A DNA stretch of 64,000 nucleotides from a virus. Its lineage: Duplodnaviria > Heunggongvirae > Uroviricota > Caudoviricetes > Ackermannviridae. The notes below the pieces were generated by a model. It worked only from the letters and a program-made list of their open reading frames with translations, was not told where the DNA came from and ran no database searches. The translations under genes were made by a program, and so were the position numbers. Location of the stretch: positions 88,254 to 152,253 of the IMG/VR virus record IMGVR_UViG_2974596396_000001; one strand, given 5' to 3'. This document shows positions 37,487-47,150 of the stretch, piece after piece (position 1 is the first letter of the stretch; each line of letters opens with the position of its first letter).

Positions 37487-38588
37487 AATTGGCGATTTAC
37501 ATATTGGGAGCCGTAATGGTTCCCGTTACGTTCGAGAATTCATAAAGAATTATCTCATCAATTATTTTATTCCAGAATTGGTTGACGCCGATATTAAAGA
37601 AGTGTGGCAATTTGGTGATACGTTTGATGTTCGCAAATTCATGTATGGTCGCGATAAAGATTGGTTGAAAGATGAATTGACGCCAGCGCTGCGCAAAGCA
37701 GGTATTAAATGGAATGGCATCGTCGGCAACCATGATATCACGTTAGAAGAGTCCAATCGTATTAACTGGCCTTCTTATCTTAATGAATTGGCACCGGATG
37801 TTTATCATTATTACAGCGAACCAACTGAAGTAATGATTGAAGGTGTCAAGACCCTCCTACTGCCGTGGATTAACAAAGAGAACTATGATGCGTCCATTAA
37901 AGCGATACAAGATACAGACGCCAAGTACTGTTTTGCGCATCTGGAGTTGGCAGGGTTCAAAATGTACCAGTCCTCTGTATGTGATAAAGGTCAGATCGAC
38001 TTGGCGCTCCTTTCGAAATTCGAGCGCGTGGATACCGGACATTTCCATACCCGTTCGATGGAAGGTAACATTCAGTATATTGGGACTCCTTATCACCTTA
38101 CCTGGGAAGACCACAAAGACGGGACGAACCGAGGATTCTATGTAGACGACATGAATGGCGGGGAATTGTTTATCCCCAACAACGAACAACAAACGTTGTT
38201 CCGGTTCGTGGAATACGACTACACACAAATGTCTTCTGATACTGAAGGTAATTGGATCGACCCCGATTGGTTAAACAATGTTTTGGGTATTGAAGGGCAA
38301 ATCGTTAAGGTGATTGTACAGAACCGTGACAATGCCAAGCATTATGAAAAGTTCTGTGACGCATTGAAGCGCTGTAAATGCATCGATTACAACTTCATCG
38401 ATCGGACGATTACTGTTGCTTCCGAGAAGGTAGAAGTCACTGAAGAGATGGTGGCGACTGATGCTGTGGAAGTCTTGAAGAAAGATATCCGCGCCGCCAA
38501 TAATATCCAGCGCCCTGAAAATGTTTGCAAATTAGCAGAACAATTCTATAATGCTGCCCAACAACGCCTGAACACATTGGATGCATAA
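37473..38588 (+). CDS. 47: Recombination endonuclease subunit gp47 (Mre11-like)
   Basis: IGDLHIG-GNHD-GHFH phosphoesterase motifs. Collinear with T4 gp47. Confidence 0.85.
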   Translation: MAIAKIGDLHIGSRNGSRYVREFIKNYLINYFIPELVDADIKEVWQFGDTFDVRKFMYGRDKDWLKDELTPALRKAGIKWNGIVGNHDITLEESNRINWPSYLNELAPDVYHYYSEPTEVMIEGVKTLLLPWINKENYDASIKAIQDTDAKYCFAHLELAGFKMYQSSVCDKGQIDLALLSKFERVDTGHFHTRSMEGNIQYIGTPYHLTWEDHKDGTNRGFYVDDMNGGELFIPNNEQQTLFRFVEYDYTQMSSDTEGNWIDPDWLNNVLGIEGQIVKVIVQNRDNAKHYEKFCDALKRCKCIDYNFIDRTITVASEKVEVTEEMVATDAVEVLKKDIRAANNIQRPENVCKLAEQFYNAAQQRLNTLDA

Positions 38589-38590
38589 TA

Positions 38591-40924
38591 ATGAGCAATG
38601 TAGATCTATTATCAAAATTTGGTTCGCTGTTGAAAGAAGCGGACACTCCTGTTTCTGTTGAAGCACCATTTGAAATCCGTGGGGAAATTACCCACAAACT
38701 GACTTTCCATCGCGGTCGCGCTAAAAACTTCCGTTCCATCGGTAATGAATTCATGGAAATTGATTACCAACGCAATTCGGCAACCTTGGTTACATCCGAT
38801 GACAATGGCGCTGGTAAATCCACCATGCTTGTCTGGCTGCTGTTCTTCGTTCTGTATAATGACACATATAGCAAGAAAGAAAAGAAAGCCGGATTAGTCA
38901 ATTCCCAAAACAAAAAGGAATGCGTGGGTGAAGTTGAGTTCTCCACTCGAGGAAGTGAATGGAAAGTCCGTCGTGGTATCAAACCTGATTTCGTAGAAGT
39001 CTATCAGATGGTAGACGGTGAGTGGAAGCAGGTCGTGAATGATGCGGCCAAAGCTGACATGAACAAATATATTGTGAACCTGATTGGCGTAGACCAGAAG
39101 ATGTTTGAGAACTCCCTGGTTCTAGGCAAAGAGAAGTTCATCCCATTCACGGAAATGTACACTGCCGACCGTCGCGCTATGGTAGAGACAATCTGGGATT
39201 TGGGGTTCTTCAGTTTGATGAATGAAGATGTAAAAGCATCTATCAAGACAGTAACGAATGAACTCACGACGGTCACCAATGATTACGCCTTTCATGATGT
39301 AAATTTAAAAGGCCAGCAAGCGCAGTTGGAACAGATCAATAATTCCAATGCGATGATCCAGCAACAATCTGCGGATATCCTTGTCCAAGAGAAGGGACGT
39401 CTGAATAGCCTGAATTCAGATATCGGCGCAGTGCAGGAACAACTGACAGAGTCCCGTGCTCAAGACTCTAAATTGGAATCAGAATTATCAGAAGTCCGTA
39501 ATCGCCTGAATGCCGAAATGAAAGGGGATATCGATGCCATCAATGACGAGTATTTTGCCAAAATTCAAGCGGTTCAGGATGAGGCTGATACCAAGGCTGA
39601 AGACTATGAGCGTATCGAGGTGTCTGATGGCGAACGTTCATTACAAGAAATTCGGGAGAGAATGGCGGTAGTCGCGGAACGTAAAAATGATCTGGTCAGC
39701 CAACGGAATGCTAACCTGGATGAACTGAACAAAGCATTAGCGCGGCGTCAGCAGGGTGAGAACTTCCGTATCAAATTCGTAACAGAAATGGAAGGACATG
39801 AATCTGCCATCAAACGTTTCCACGATATGGGCACTTGCCCTACGTGTACGCAATTAGTGTCGGACGATACCAAATCACGCATTGAAAGTCAATATTATCC
39901 ACAAATCAGTGAACTGACTGACAAGATTCTTCAGGTTGATACAGCCCTAGAAGAAGTGAATTCCCTGATTGAGAATTACAATGTCAGAGATTCAGAATTA
40001 TCTTCTCAGATTTCGGTTATTGACAAAGAACTGGATGCTTTGCGCAATGAAATCCGAGAAGCGGAATCAGCGATCGCTACATTAAAACGCGACATCCAAG
40101 GATTCTATGATGTCGCTGCTGTTGAGAAAACATCTTTACAGCGGGAACAACAGTCCAAAATTAACGACGTCCTCAAGGCCGTAGACACCCGTTATGAAGA
40201 TATCACGACGTCAATCCGTCAAGCGCGTGAGCAGCTCTCTAAGAGTATCAACGACACGGCTGATAAACTCACCAGCCTGAAATCACGCCGTGCCCCTCTA
40301 GAGGCATCTATTGCCGATTTAGAGCGTAAATTGGCGGTTAAGCCGACACCAACTGACGCCCTGGAAGGAGAGATCGCTCGCATCACGGCATTAATGGAAG
40401 ATCTGAATGCGCGGCGCGTAGAGTTGGATGAGAAATTGCAAGACCTGAACCATCTTCTGTTCTTCCTAAAAGATGACCAGACCAAAGCGCGCATTATCAG
40501 TCTGTACTTGCCTTTCCTCAATAGCAAGATAAACGAGTATCTTGAAGCACTCAATATGTTCTTGGATATTGCGGTTGATGATACATTTGAAATCACTATG
40601 AGCGCTGCTGGTCGTAAAGGGCAAAGCATATTCTCCCTGTCTACAGGACAACGCAGCCGACTCAATCTGGCGGTGACATTAGCCCTGCGGGACGTGGCCA
40701 ACCTCAAGGCGTCGGTGCAATGTAACCTGTTTGTGTTAGATGAAATCCTTGAGAACATGAGCGAGCGTGGCGTACAAGAATCGGTTGAGATGCTGAAACA
40801 TAAATTTGGTGGGAACAATCTATTTGTCATCAGTCAGCGTGAGCAGGAGTTCCAAGAATATTTCCAACATAACATTCGTTATGGTCTGCGTAATGGCATG
40901 ACCGAAGTGATTAAGAAGGATTGA
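38591..40924 (+). CDS. 46: Recombination endonuclease subunit gp46 (Rad50/SbcC-like), 777 aa
   Basis: N-terminal Walker A DNGAGKST, long coiled coil, C-terminal signature LSTGQRSRLNL and D-loop LFVLDE. Confidence 0.85.
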   Translation: MSNVDLLSKFGSLLKEADTPVSVEAPFEIRGEITHKLTFHRGRAKNFRSIGNEFMEIDYQRNSATLVTSDDNGAGKSTMLVWLLFFVLYNDTYSKKEKKAGLVNSQNKKECVGEVEFSTRGSEWKVRRGIKPDFVEVYQMVDGEWKQVVNDAAKADMNKYIVNLIGVDQKMFENSLVLGKEKFIPFTEMYTADRRAMVETIWDLGFFSLMNEDVKASIKTVTNELTTVTNDYAFHDVNLKGQQAQLEQINNSNAMIQQQSADILVQEKGRLNSLNSDIGAVQEQLTESRAQDSKLESELSEVRNRLNAEMKGDIDAINDEYFAKIQAVQDEADTKAEDYERIEVSDGERSLQEIRERMAVVAERKNDLVSQRNANLDELNKALARRQQGENFRIKFVTEMEGHESAIKRFHDMGTCPTCTQLVSDDTKSRIESQYYPQISELTDKILQVDTALEEVNSLIENYNVRDSELSSQISVIDKELDALRNEIREAESAIATLKRDIQGFYDVAAVEKTSLQREQQSKINDVLKAVDTRYEDITTSIRQAREQLSKSINDTADKLTSLKSRRAPLEASIADLERKLAVKPTPTDALEGEIARITALMEDLNARRVELDEKLQDLNHLLFFLKDDQTKARIISLYLPFLNSKINEYLEALNMFLDIAVDDTFEITMSAAGRKGQSIFSLSTGQRSRLNLAVTLALRDVANLKASVQCNLFVLDEILENMSERGVQESVEMLKHKFGGNNLFVISQREQEFQEYFQHNIRYGLRNGMTEVIKKD

Positions 40925-40926
40925 AC

Positions 40927-41100
40927 ATGAACTGGGATCATCTGTGGTTGGCTATCAGTGTCTTTATGTTCTTTGATGCGTTGTTGGGAACGTACGAGAT
41001 GAGTAGGGAGTCCAGAGTCGGGGTGATGGTTTGTTGTTCCCTTATCGGCGTGGTATCCCTTTATTTCGCGATTGGGTTTGCCGCAGAGATCTTCAAATGA
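40927..41100 (+). CDS. Small membrane protein (57 aa; below the ORF-track cutoff)
   Basis: Two hydrophobic segments. ATGA overlap into the next gene. Confidence 0.3.
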   Translation: MNWDHLWLAISVFMFFDALLGTYEMSRESRVGVMVCCSLIGVVSLYFAIGFAAEIFK

Positions 41101-41426
41101 AAGTTGTCCACTTCAAGAAGGAGCCATACGACGTCTACATTGGTCGCCCTGGTAAATGGGGAAACCCGTTCGAGGTTAAAGACCACGGGCGGGGAAACTG
41201 TATTGAGTTGTTTGAAGACGACTTGTATGTGCGCCTGATTGAAGGGGATATCACCGAAGATGAACTCCTTGAATTAGATGGAAAGACCTTGGGGTGCTGG
41301 TGTAAGCCGCGCCCATGTCATGGAGATGTTTATGTCAAAGTGATCGGTCGTATTAAACTATTCCGTAAGTTGGGTAAATCTTTTACTGAATATTTGAGAC
41401 AAACATATGTCAGAAGAGAAAGATGA
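41097..41426 (+). CDS. DUF4326-like protein
   Basis: YIGRPGKWGNPF motif. Confidence 0.45.
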   Translation: MKVVHFKKEPYDVYIGRPGKWGNPFEVKDHGRGNCIELFEDDLYVRLIEGDITEDELLELDGKTLGCWCKPRPCHGDVYVKVIGRIKLFRKLGKSFTEYLRQTYVRRER

Positions 41427-41691
41427 AATTCAGATTGCTTGTGATATCGCTGTCGAGTTATGGAATCAGCGAAACAAACATTATCAGGTGACGTTGACCC
41501 CAAAGCGTTATCTAGAGCAAGGTGGCTTAATAGTCGTTGATGCCGTGTTAGGTTTCAACAAATATACTGATATGCAAATCTTGGACGGGGATTTCACTAT
41601 TGCTTCCAATACAGCTTGGGATGATCCTATGGAATTTGTCTACGGTTGGTTGGAATGCATCGAGGAATCATACCATCTGATCTACGAATAA
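41407..41691 (+). CDS. Hypothetical protein
   Basis: ORF. Confidence 0.45.
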   Translation: MSEEKDEIQIACDIAVELWNQRNKHYQVTLTPKRYLEQGGLIVVDAVLGFNKYTDMQILDGDFTIASNTAWDDPMEFVYGWLECIEESYHLIYE

Positions 41692-41695
41692 GGTG

Positions 41696-41730
41696 AAGGG
41701 CACTAAATATCACGTGCCCTTTATCTTTTA
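41696..41730 (+). terminator. Rho-independent terminator
   Basis: AAGGGCAC-N10-GTGCCCTT followed by TATCTTTT. Confidence 0.7.
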
Positions 41731-41788
41731 ACCCTGTCAGGAGGCTCAATCGAGCTGCAAGTCGACAAACCACATAAGGAACGCCATC

Positions 41789-42403
41789 ATGACGATGACA
41801 ACGTTGAAGGCCATGGCCTTGTCCGTGACCTTTACCATTGCCAGCGGGAATGTGCACGCTTCCCAAAATACAAGTCAATGTGTTTATGATTTCTCTGAGC
41901 AACAACTTAATACGCTGGCAACCGCCTATCACATAGGCAAGACGCAAGACCTTGGTTACACTCTGGCCGCCATATCTTGGCGAGAGAGTCGCGCTGGTGA
42001 AGATGTAGTGTCAATGCGATACGGCCTCAAGGCGGCCAACATGGGAGCCTTTCAGAACAAGGTGAAGACAGTTGGTGATCGCGAAGGTTGTAAGAATCGC
42101 AAGTGTTATGCCAATGTCGCCATAAAGTTGCTGACCGACCAAGAATATGCCGCGCAAGCCGCCCTCGATGAGATGCAGTTCTGGCTGGCCTATCACAATC
42201 AGAATATCCGCAAATCTCTCTCCTCTTACAATGCTGGCTTCGCCCGTAATCCCGCATCGAACGCCTATGCCGCCGACGTCGTGAAGAAAGCTAAATATCT
42301 TCAGAAATGTGTGTCCTTCAAAGGCCAGACCATCTCCGAGGTAGATCCTCAGGTGATCGCCATGAACAAGCGCACGATAGAGAAACTGAAGAGGACAAGA
42401 TAA
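41789..42403 (+). CDS. Secreted lytic transglycosylase-like (SLT domain) protein
   Basis: Signal peptide. WRESRAG (catalytic E-S) and SYNAG (AYNAG motif). Confidence 0.45.
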   Translation: MTMTTLKAMALSVTFTIASGNVHASQNTSQCVYDFSEQQLNTLATAYHIGKTQDLGYTLAAISWRESRAGEDVVSMRYGLKAANMGAFQNKVKTVGDREGCKNRKCYANVAIKLLTDQEYAAQAALDEMQFWLAYHNQNIRKSLSSYNAGFARNPASNAYAADVVKKAKYLQKCVSFKGQTISEVDPQVIAMNKRTIEKLKRTR

Positions 42404-43041
42404 TGAACATCACTCCATCTCAGACCGGATATGAACATATCTTGGTCTTCATCGCTCTACAGGGCGCGAAGGAAGGCATCATCGTATCCGAGTACTCGGG
42501 GACTGTGCGCCTTGCCGATTATGTCGCACCCGAGGCGTTCATTAAGAAGTGCATTGATGCGTGGTGCCTCTATGCCCTCGGCACGTATCCTGCTCCTCCT
42601 GAGGGCGAGCTGTTGTTTACTGTACCGACTCCGGCTGCTGGTGATACGGATGCGATCTTTGCCGATATGCTGGCCAAGGGGTATCTGGTGTATGATATCA
42701 CTCACGATGTCTATTCCTTCACCTCCCTGAACACTGTGTTTGGATTCACCATCACATCTGAAGCCAACATCCCTGACTGGGGCATCTTGGCGTGGGGCGT
42801 TGACGGCCTGGGCGCAACCTATGCATCATCTGATGTCGGTCCTGTTCTGATTGATGATGGTGTAACCATGGAGCAGTACCTTGCCCAGTTCCCTCAACAC
42901 AACATCACAGGCAGCGACATCATTTTGGTTCAGCCTGGTGCTATCGCTCTCCCTCGTTTGGTGGATGGCTGGAAGTCCCAGCTGAAGGACATCATTGCCG
43001 GAATCAGATTCCATATTCCCATCGTGAACCCAGCACCGTAA
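42403..43041 (+). CDS. Hypothetical protein
   Basis: TAATG overlap start. Confidence 0.5.
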   Translation: MNITPSQTGYEHILVFIALQGAKEGIIVSEYSGTVRLADYVAPEAFIKKCIDAWCLYALGTYPAPPEGELLFTVPTPAAGDTDAIFADMLAKGYLVYDITHDVYSFTSLNTVFGFTITSEANIPDWGILAWGVDGLGATYASSDVGPVLIDDGVTMEQYLAQFPQHNITGSDIILVQPGAIALPRLVDGWKSQLKDIIAGIRFHIPIVNPAP

Positions 43042-43055
43042 AAATAATTCAATAA

Positions 43056-43080
43056 AAGGGGCGAAAGCCCCTTTACTTCT
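43056..43080 (+). terminator. Hairpin terminator fused to the next promoter
   Basis: AAGGGGC-GAAA-GCCCCTT. The 3' arm runs into the -35 TTTACT. Confidence 0.6.
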
Positions 43081-43100
43081 TCAATATCCTTCCCTATACT
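43072..43100 (+). promoter_or_regulatory. Host sigma70-type early promoter
   Basis: TTTACT, 17-nt spacer, TATACT. The downstream sequence is almost identical to the promoter at 6701. Confidence 0.6.
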
Positions 43101-43148
43101 TCATTCCATAAGCAGTACGATACCAACTTGAAACGAAGGAGCTATATC

Positions 43149-43484
43149 ATGACACAACTCAAAAACTTCACCGCAGATGACATGTTTGCCTTCCAGGGCG
43201 CTGAGCACTTTGCTGACGGCTCCGTCCCGCGCATCTACTATTTCTCTGATGAAGAAATGGAAGATTTCTTCGCCCTGATGGAAAAGGAATACACAGAAAC
43301 TGATTTCGTCTACGTCATCCACCATGCCGAAGGGTTGTCTCTTGGTTGGACGGCCAACGGCGAGCCGGAAGAAGTGAACTTCCCTGAAGGCATCATGTCC
43401 GAGCGCGTAGAGTACCTGCTGGAAGCCCTGGATCCACACACCCTCCCACTCTGGGCGATGTCAGTTGCCCAAATTCAAAAATAA
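43149..43484 (+). CDS. Early, strongly acidic small protein; a candidate DNA mimic or anti-restriction protein
   Basis: AAGGAG RBS. About 24 Asp/Glu against 7 Lys/Arg in 111 aa. First gene after the early promoter. Confidence 0.5.
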   Translation: MTQLKNFTADDMFAFQGAEHFADGSVPRIYYFSDEEMEDFFALMEKEYTETDFVYVIHHAEGLSLGWTANGEPEEVNFPEGIMSERVEYLLEALDPHTLPLWAMSVAQIQK

Positions 43485-43492
43485 GACAAGGG

Positions 43493-43520
43493 GAGCCGAA
43501 GCTCCTCTTTTGTTTTCGCT
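43493..43520 (+). terminator. Rho-independent terminator
   Basis: GGAGC-CGAA-GCTCC followed by TCTTTTGTTTT. Confidence 0.75.
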
Positions 43521-43563
43521 AATTAAGGGAAACCGCACCGATTTTATAATCAGGAGAATTATA

Positions 43564-45171
43564 ATGGCCATCCCATCTTTCTTGAACTTTCTTGAAGAGT
43601 CTAAACAATTAGACGAAGCGTTTAACTCATCCCCGTATGAATTGACATTCGGAAAGAAGAACGCTGGTGACATTTTCTTCACATTTGTTGATGAAGACGA
43701 AAAAGAATTCCGTATTCAATTCTATACTCCACAAGGTCTAGGCAAGAATGTTCGCCAAGTCTTTATCGGTCAGAAGCGTGGTTCAACCTATCCAGACGCA
43801 ATCGGTCGTTTCAAGAATCCGATGCGTGTTATCGCATCCATGATTGAAGCAACAAAGCAATTCATGGCGACGCCTTTGGGTAAAACCATTGACGGCTTTG
43901 CAATTAACTTCTCCAAGAAAGCATTGGAGCGTGGTGTTACCCTCCTGCCGAAGATCATCCGTCAGTCCGGCCTGAAGCAGAAGCTCAATGTCATGGACCT
44001 GACGTATACCCCTATCCCTGATCGTGCATTCGTATGGGTTGTGCGTAAAGGTAAGGATCCTGCTCAGGTATTCGATGGTCCGAAAATGAAAGGTGTCACC
44101 TGGGATGACCCAGATAAGGTTGGTGATGTTCCGGTTCAGAACAATACTCCGGATGTGGGGGCTTCATCTTCTGTTGATGATTCCAACGGATGGAAATTAA
44201 CTTCAAACGGGGATCAGCCCATGTTGATATGGGTTGGTAAGGAGAGAGGCCGCATGGTCACGGCAAATATCGCTCCCCACTACGATGTGCCAGGCATGTA
44301 TGTTGGTGCATACATGAATGAAAAATCTGTACGTGGACAAAGCGCCGATTTTATTGCTAGTCAATTGAAATTACCGCAAGTCCCTATCGGTGTCCTGAAT
44401 GATTTCACGAAAATGGCAAGCAAATTCTGGAGTACCCAAGCCGGGGAAGTCGTAAACTCCAAAACCTTAAATATCCCAAAAAATGCTTTAGTCTTTGGTG
44501 AGACTATCAACGGTATGTCCATCAGTTGGAGTGGAATCGATTTCCCTAAAAGTGGGAAGTACGCTGATGCTATAATGACCACGAACATCATATTTGATTA
44601 CATTAACATCAAGGCAAAGTTTACCCCTATGGTTAATCAAAAAGGGCGAACTTTAAACAAACCAATAAGTTATGAAATCCGTTTGAAGAAAGATATTGTT
44701 CAATCCATGATCGATGAAATCTCATCAAAAATGGAATATCTTTCCAGAAACCTCCAACAGTTGAATAGTCAGGCATACAACCCAAACCAGGTTTTCTTGA
44801 ATGATATAACCATCACGGATAAAGGTGAAGTGATTTGGAACGATTACAACTTGTCTGACGGCAAAGTTACACAAATTATGCTGTCCATGATAAGCGCAGA
44901 AAATAGACGCTTGGAGAAAGTGACAAACAAGCCGGATATCACATTACCAAAGAAACAAGCCGAAGTAGTAGAATTTATAAACCGGATGATTGATATTGAT
45001 CTCGGACCTTATTTGAGAGAACCCAAAAAACTTGATGTGGTATTATTTGACTCTTCTGAATTGTCGATAAACCAACTCAACAACATAGAACGCCTGGGAA
45101 GAGAAACAGGAAAATGGTCTCTTCAGTCAAACGGCGGTATGGGTCATGCACTATTTCTGAATGTTTGGTGA
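43564..45171 (+). CDS. Large hypothetical protein (535 aa)
   Basis: AGGAGA RBS. No motif I can assign. Confidence 0.55.
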   Translation: MAIPSFLNFLEESKQLDEAFNSSPYELTFGKKNAGDIFFTFVDEDEKEFRIQFYTPQGLGKNVRQVFIGQKRGSTYPDAIGRFKNPMRVIASMIEATKQFMATPLGKTIDGFAINFSKKALERGVTLLPKIIRQSGLKQKLNVMDLTYTPIPDRAFVWVVRKGKDPAQVFDGPKMKGVTWDDPDKVGDVPVQNNTPDVGASSSVDDSNGWKLTSNGDQPMLIWVGKERGRMVTANIAPHYDVPGMYVGAYMNEKSVRGQSADFIASQLKLPQVPIGVLNDFTKMASKFWSTQAGEVVNSKTLNIPKNALVFGETINGMSISWSGIDFPKSGKYADAIMTTNIIFDYINIKAKFTPMVNQKGRTLNKPISYEIRLKKDIVQSMIDEISSKMEYLSRNLQQLNSQAYNPNQVFLNDITITDKGEVIWNDYNLSDGKVTQIMLSMISAENRRLEKVTNKPDITLPKKQAEVVEFINRMIDIDLGPYLREPKKLDVVLFDSSELSINQLNNIERLGRETGKWSLQSNGGMGHALFLNVW

Positions 45172-45195
45172 AACTGACTGGACCTTGAACAGAAT

Positions 45196-45216
45196 AAAGC
45201 CCCTTCGGGGGCTTAT
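45196..45216 (+). terminator. Hairpin (weak T-tract)
   Basis: AGCCCC-TTCG-GGGGCT. Confidence 0.4.
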
Positions 45217-45221
45217 AAATA
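45214..45221 (+). promoter_or_regulatory. T4-type late promoter TATAAATA
   Basis: Exact octamer 24 nt upstream of the ATG at 45246. Confidence 0.55.
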
Positions 45222-45245
45222 ACTGAAATCCCCGAGGAGATTAAG

Positions 45246-45815
45246 ATGAAACCGTTCATTCAGTATTTCAACGAGCAAGCTGCTCAGCCTCAGACCCATG
45301 CTGGTGTCCAGGGCAAAAGCGTATCCATCAAAAGCCAAGCTGATGGAACATTGTGGTGCTCTGGAGCAGTCATCACCCAGATCACCCCCGACAATCAGGC
45401 TGATGTCTACAACCTGGAACTCACTGACGGCAACACCGCAAAAGTCAAACTGACACCAGATCAGACTCATGGCATCACCCAAGGCCAAGAAGTTGTTGCT
45501 GTCCACGATGGCTTCGAATTCTTCTTTGGTAAGTCGGCCGACAAAGGCCAGGTGACTGAAGGGTATGAAGCTGTCCTGAAGAAAATGGGACAAGACATGG
45601 CTAAAACGCTGGGTGCGAAAACAACTCGCATGAGCGGTCGTCAGGAGTTCGAATATGGTGGCATACCAGGAATTGGTAAGCTGGTGCACATCGAATTTGG
45701 TGGTGAAGACGAGCCGTATGTGATCGTTTCTGTGGGCGGCAAAGAAACAGACTTCAGCAAGGGTAAAACCATGGCTGCCGACATTGCCAAGTTCCTCGGC
45801 GTTAAACCTGTCTAA
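45246..45815 (+). CDS. Late protein, possibly a virion component
   Basis: Late promoter plus GAGGAG RBS. Confidence 0.5.
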   Translation: MKPFIQYFNEQAAQPQTHAGVQGKSVSIKSQADGTLWCSGAVITQITPDNQADVYNLELTDGNTAKVKLTPDQTHGITQGQEVVAVHDGFEFFFGKSADKGQVTEGYEAVLKKMGQDMAKTLGAKTTRMSGRQEFEYGGIPGIGKLVHIEFGGEDEPYVIVSVGGKETDFSKGKTMAADIAKFLGVKPV

Positions 45816-45824
45816 GGAGGTTGT

Positions 45825-46067
45825 ATGAAAGGGTTCCAGGACTTCCTCTTGAAGGAAGCAAAGGTCGACCACCGGGCGCTGGGTAAGCGCGGTCAGTATG
45901 ACATCACCGATGTTGGCCGCCCAACCAAAGGCGAACTGATCGACTACTACAACCGCAACGGCGACAAGCGACAAGGGAAAGTGAAGTCTGTGAACGCACA
46001 AGACGTCATGACCCTGACGGACACCGAAACGGGGGAAACCGTCAAGCTGTATCTGGTCAAGCCGTGA
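45825..46067 (+). CDS. Hypothetical protein, co-transcribed with 45246
   Basis: AAGGAGG RBS. Confidence 0.45.
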   Translation: MKGFQDFLLKEAKVDHRALGKRGQYDITDVGRPTKGELIDYYNRNGDKRQGKVKSVNAQDVMTLTDTETGETVKLYLVKP

Positions 46068-46071
46068 TTGC

Positions 46072-46102
46072 AATCCCCCTAAATACAGGGGATTTCTTTT
46101 TC
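46072..46102 (+). terminator. Rho-independent terminator
   Basis: AATCCCC-N9-GGGGATT followed by TCTTTTT. Confidence 0.8.
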
Positions 46103-46116
46103 TGAGGAAACAAATC

Positions 46117-46470
46117 ATGGTCAATGCGAGTATTTTCATCAACCGTGGACTGCTTGCTATAGCCCACTCTCATGCCCTCCACTTCGTTACAACGTCCTAT
46201 GCCAAGCACAAGGCACTCGGGGAGTTCTACGGGGAACTGGAGGACTTGCTGGATACCTTTACAGAGGCATATATCGGCGCGGGTGGTGTATATGTCCCAG
46301 GGTTTGAGAATATTAAACTGTACAACCCAGATCCTATATCGTATGTCAACAGCGTTGTTATCGACGTAAACGGAATTTATGGTCAATGCGACAGCCATCT
46401 TCAAAATACGCTCGATGAAATCAAAACTTTGTGCTATCAGACCATCTACAAACTGAAGCAATTGTCTTAA
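46117..46470 (+). CDS. Hypothetical protein
   Basis: ORF. Confidence 0.45.
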   Translation: MVNASIFINRGLLAIAHSHALHFVTTSYAKHKALGEFYGELEDLLDTFTEAYIGAGGVYVPGFENIKLYNPDPISYVNSVVIDVNGIYGQCDSHLQNTLDEIKTLCYQTIYKLKQLS

Positions 46471-46532
46471 CTCAATAGAACATCCTTCAGGTTATAATTT
46501 GCCCATTCGTCATCAATAGGATACAGATAACA

Positions 46533-47150
46533 ATGGGCAAAATATTCATACCTTCGCATTCAGAAGGTTGTCAGATCGCAGCAAAATATCTTCACAAGCA
46601 AATGAACTGTGGTGCTGTGTTTGTAGAACCAAATTCTTTTGATAATCGTGAATCCCCTGACGCCATCGGGTTCAGACCTGGGGGTTGTTCTATATTAATG
46701 GAAGTTAAAGTCTCCCGCGCCGACTTCCTGACAGACAAAAAGAAACCTCATCGCATGAATCCTTCAACAGGAATGGGGGCATACCGATTTTATGTTTGTC
46801 CTGCTGATGTGATCAAAGTTGAAGATCTCCCACCAAAGTGGGTATTATTATATTTCACTCCTCGGAAATCATTGAAGCCCGTTCACGTTCCGAATATGCA
46901 ATATTCTTCGTTATCTTCTCCGGAACATTATGCATCATATTTGTCTAAATCCTTGGGCAAAAGAAATCCTACAGATATCCCTCCTTACCTGTTAGGATAC
47001 AAGCAGATGTTGGAAGAATTCGCCCACTTTGAACGAAATCAAGTCGCAGAGCAGAATATTCTATATGGTGCATGGAGACAGCTTTGCATAGCTCAAAGTC
47101 GCGGTGTAAATTATAATGTGACAGAAGTATTCCAAAGGCCAAACATATGA
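46533..47150 (+). CDS. PD-(D/E)XK-fold (VRR-NUC/MmcB-like) putative nuclease
   Basis: SPDAIGF-ILMEVKVSR fits the PD-(D/E)XK motif. Confidence 0.4.
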   Translation: MGKIFIPSHSEGCQIAAKYLHKQMNCGAVFVEPNSFDNRESPDAIGFRPGGCSILMEVKVSRADFLTDKKKPHRMNPSTGMGAYRFYVCPADVIKVEDLPPKWVLLYFTPRKSLKPVHVPNMQYSSLSSPEHYASYLSKSLGKRNPTDIPPYLLGYKQMLEEFAHFERNQVAEQNILYGAWRQLCIAQSRGVNYNVTEVFQRPNI

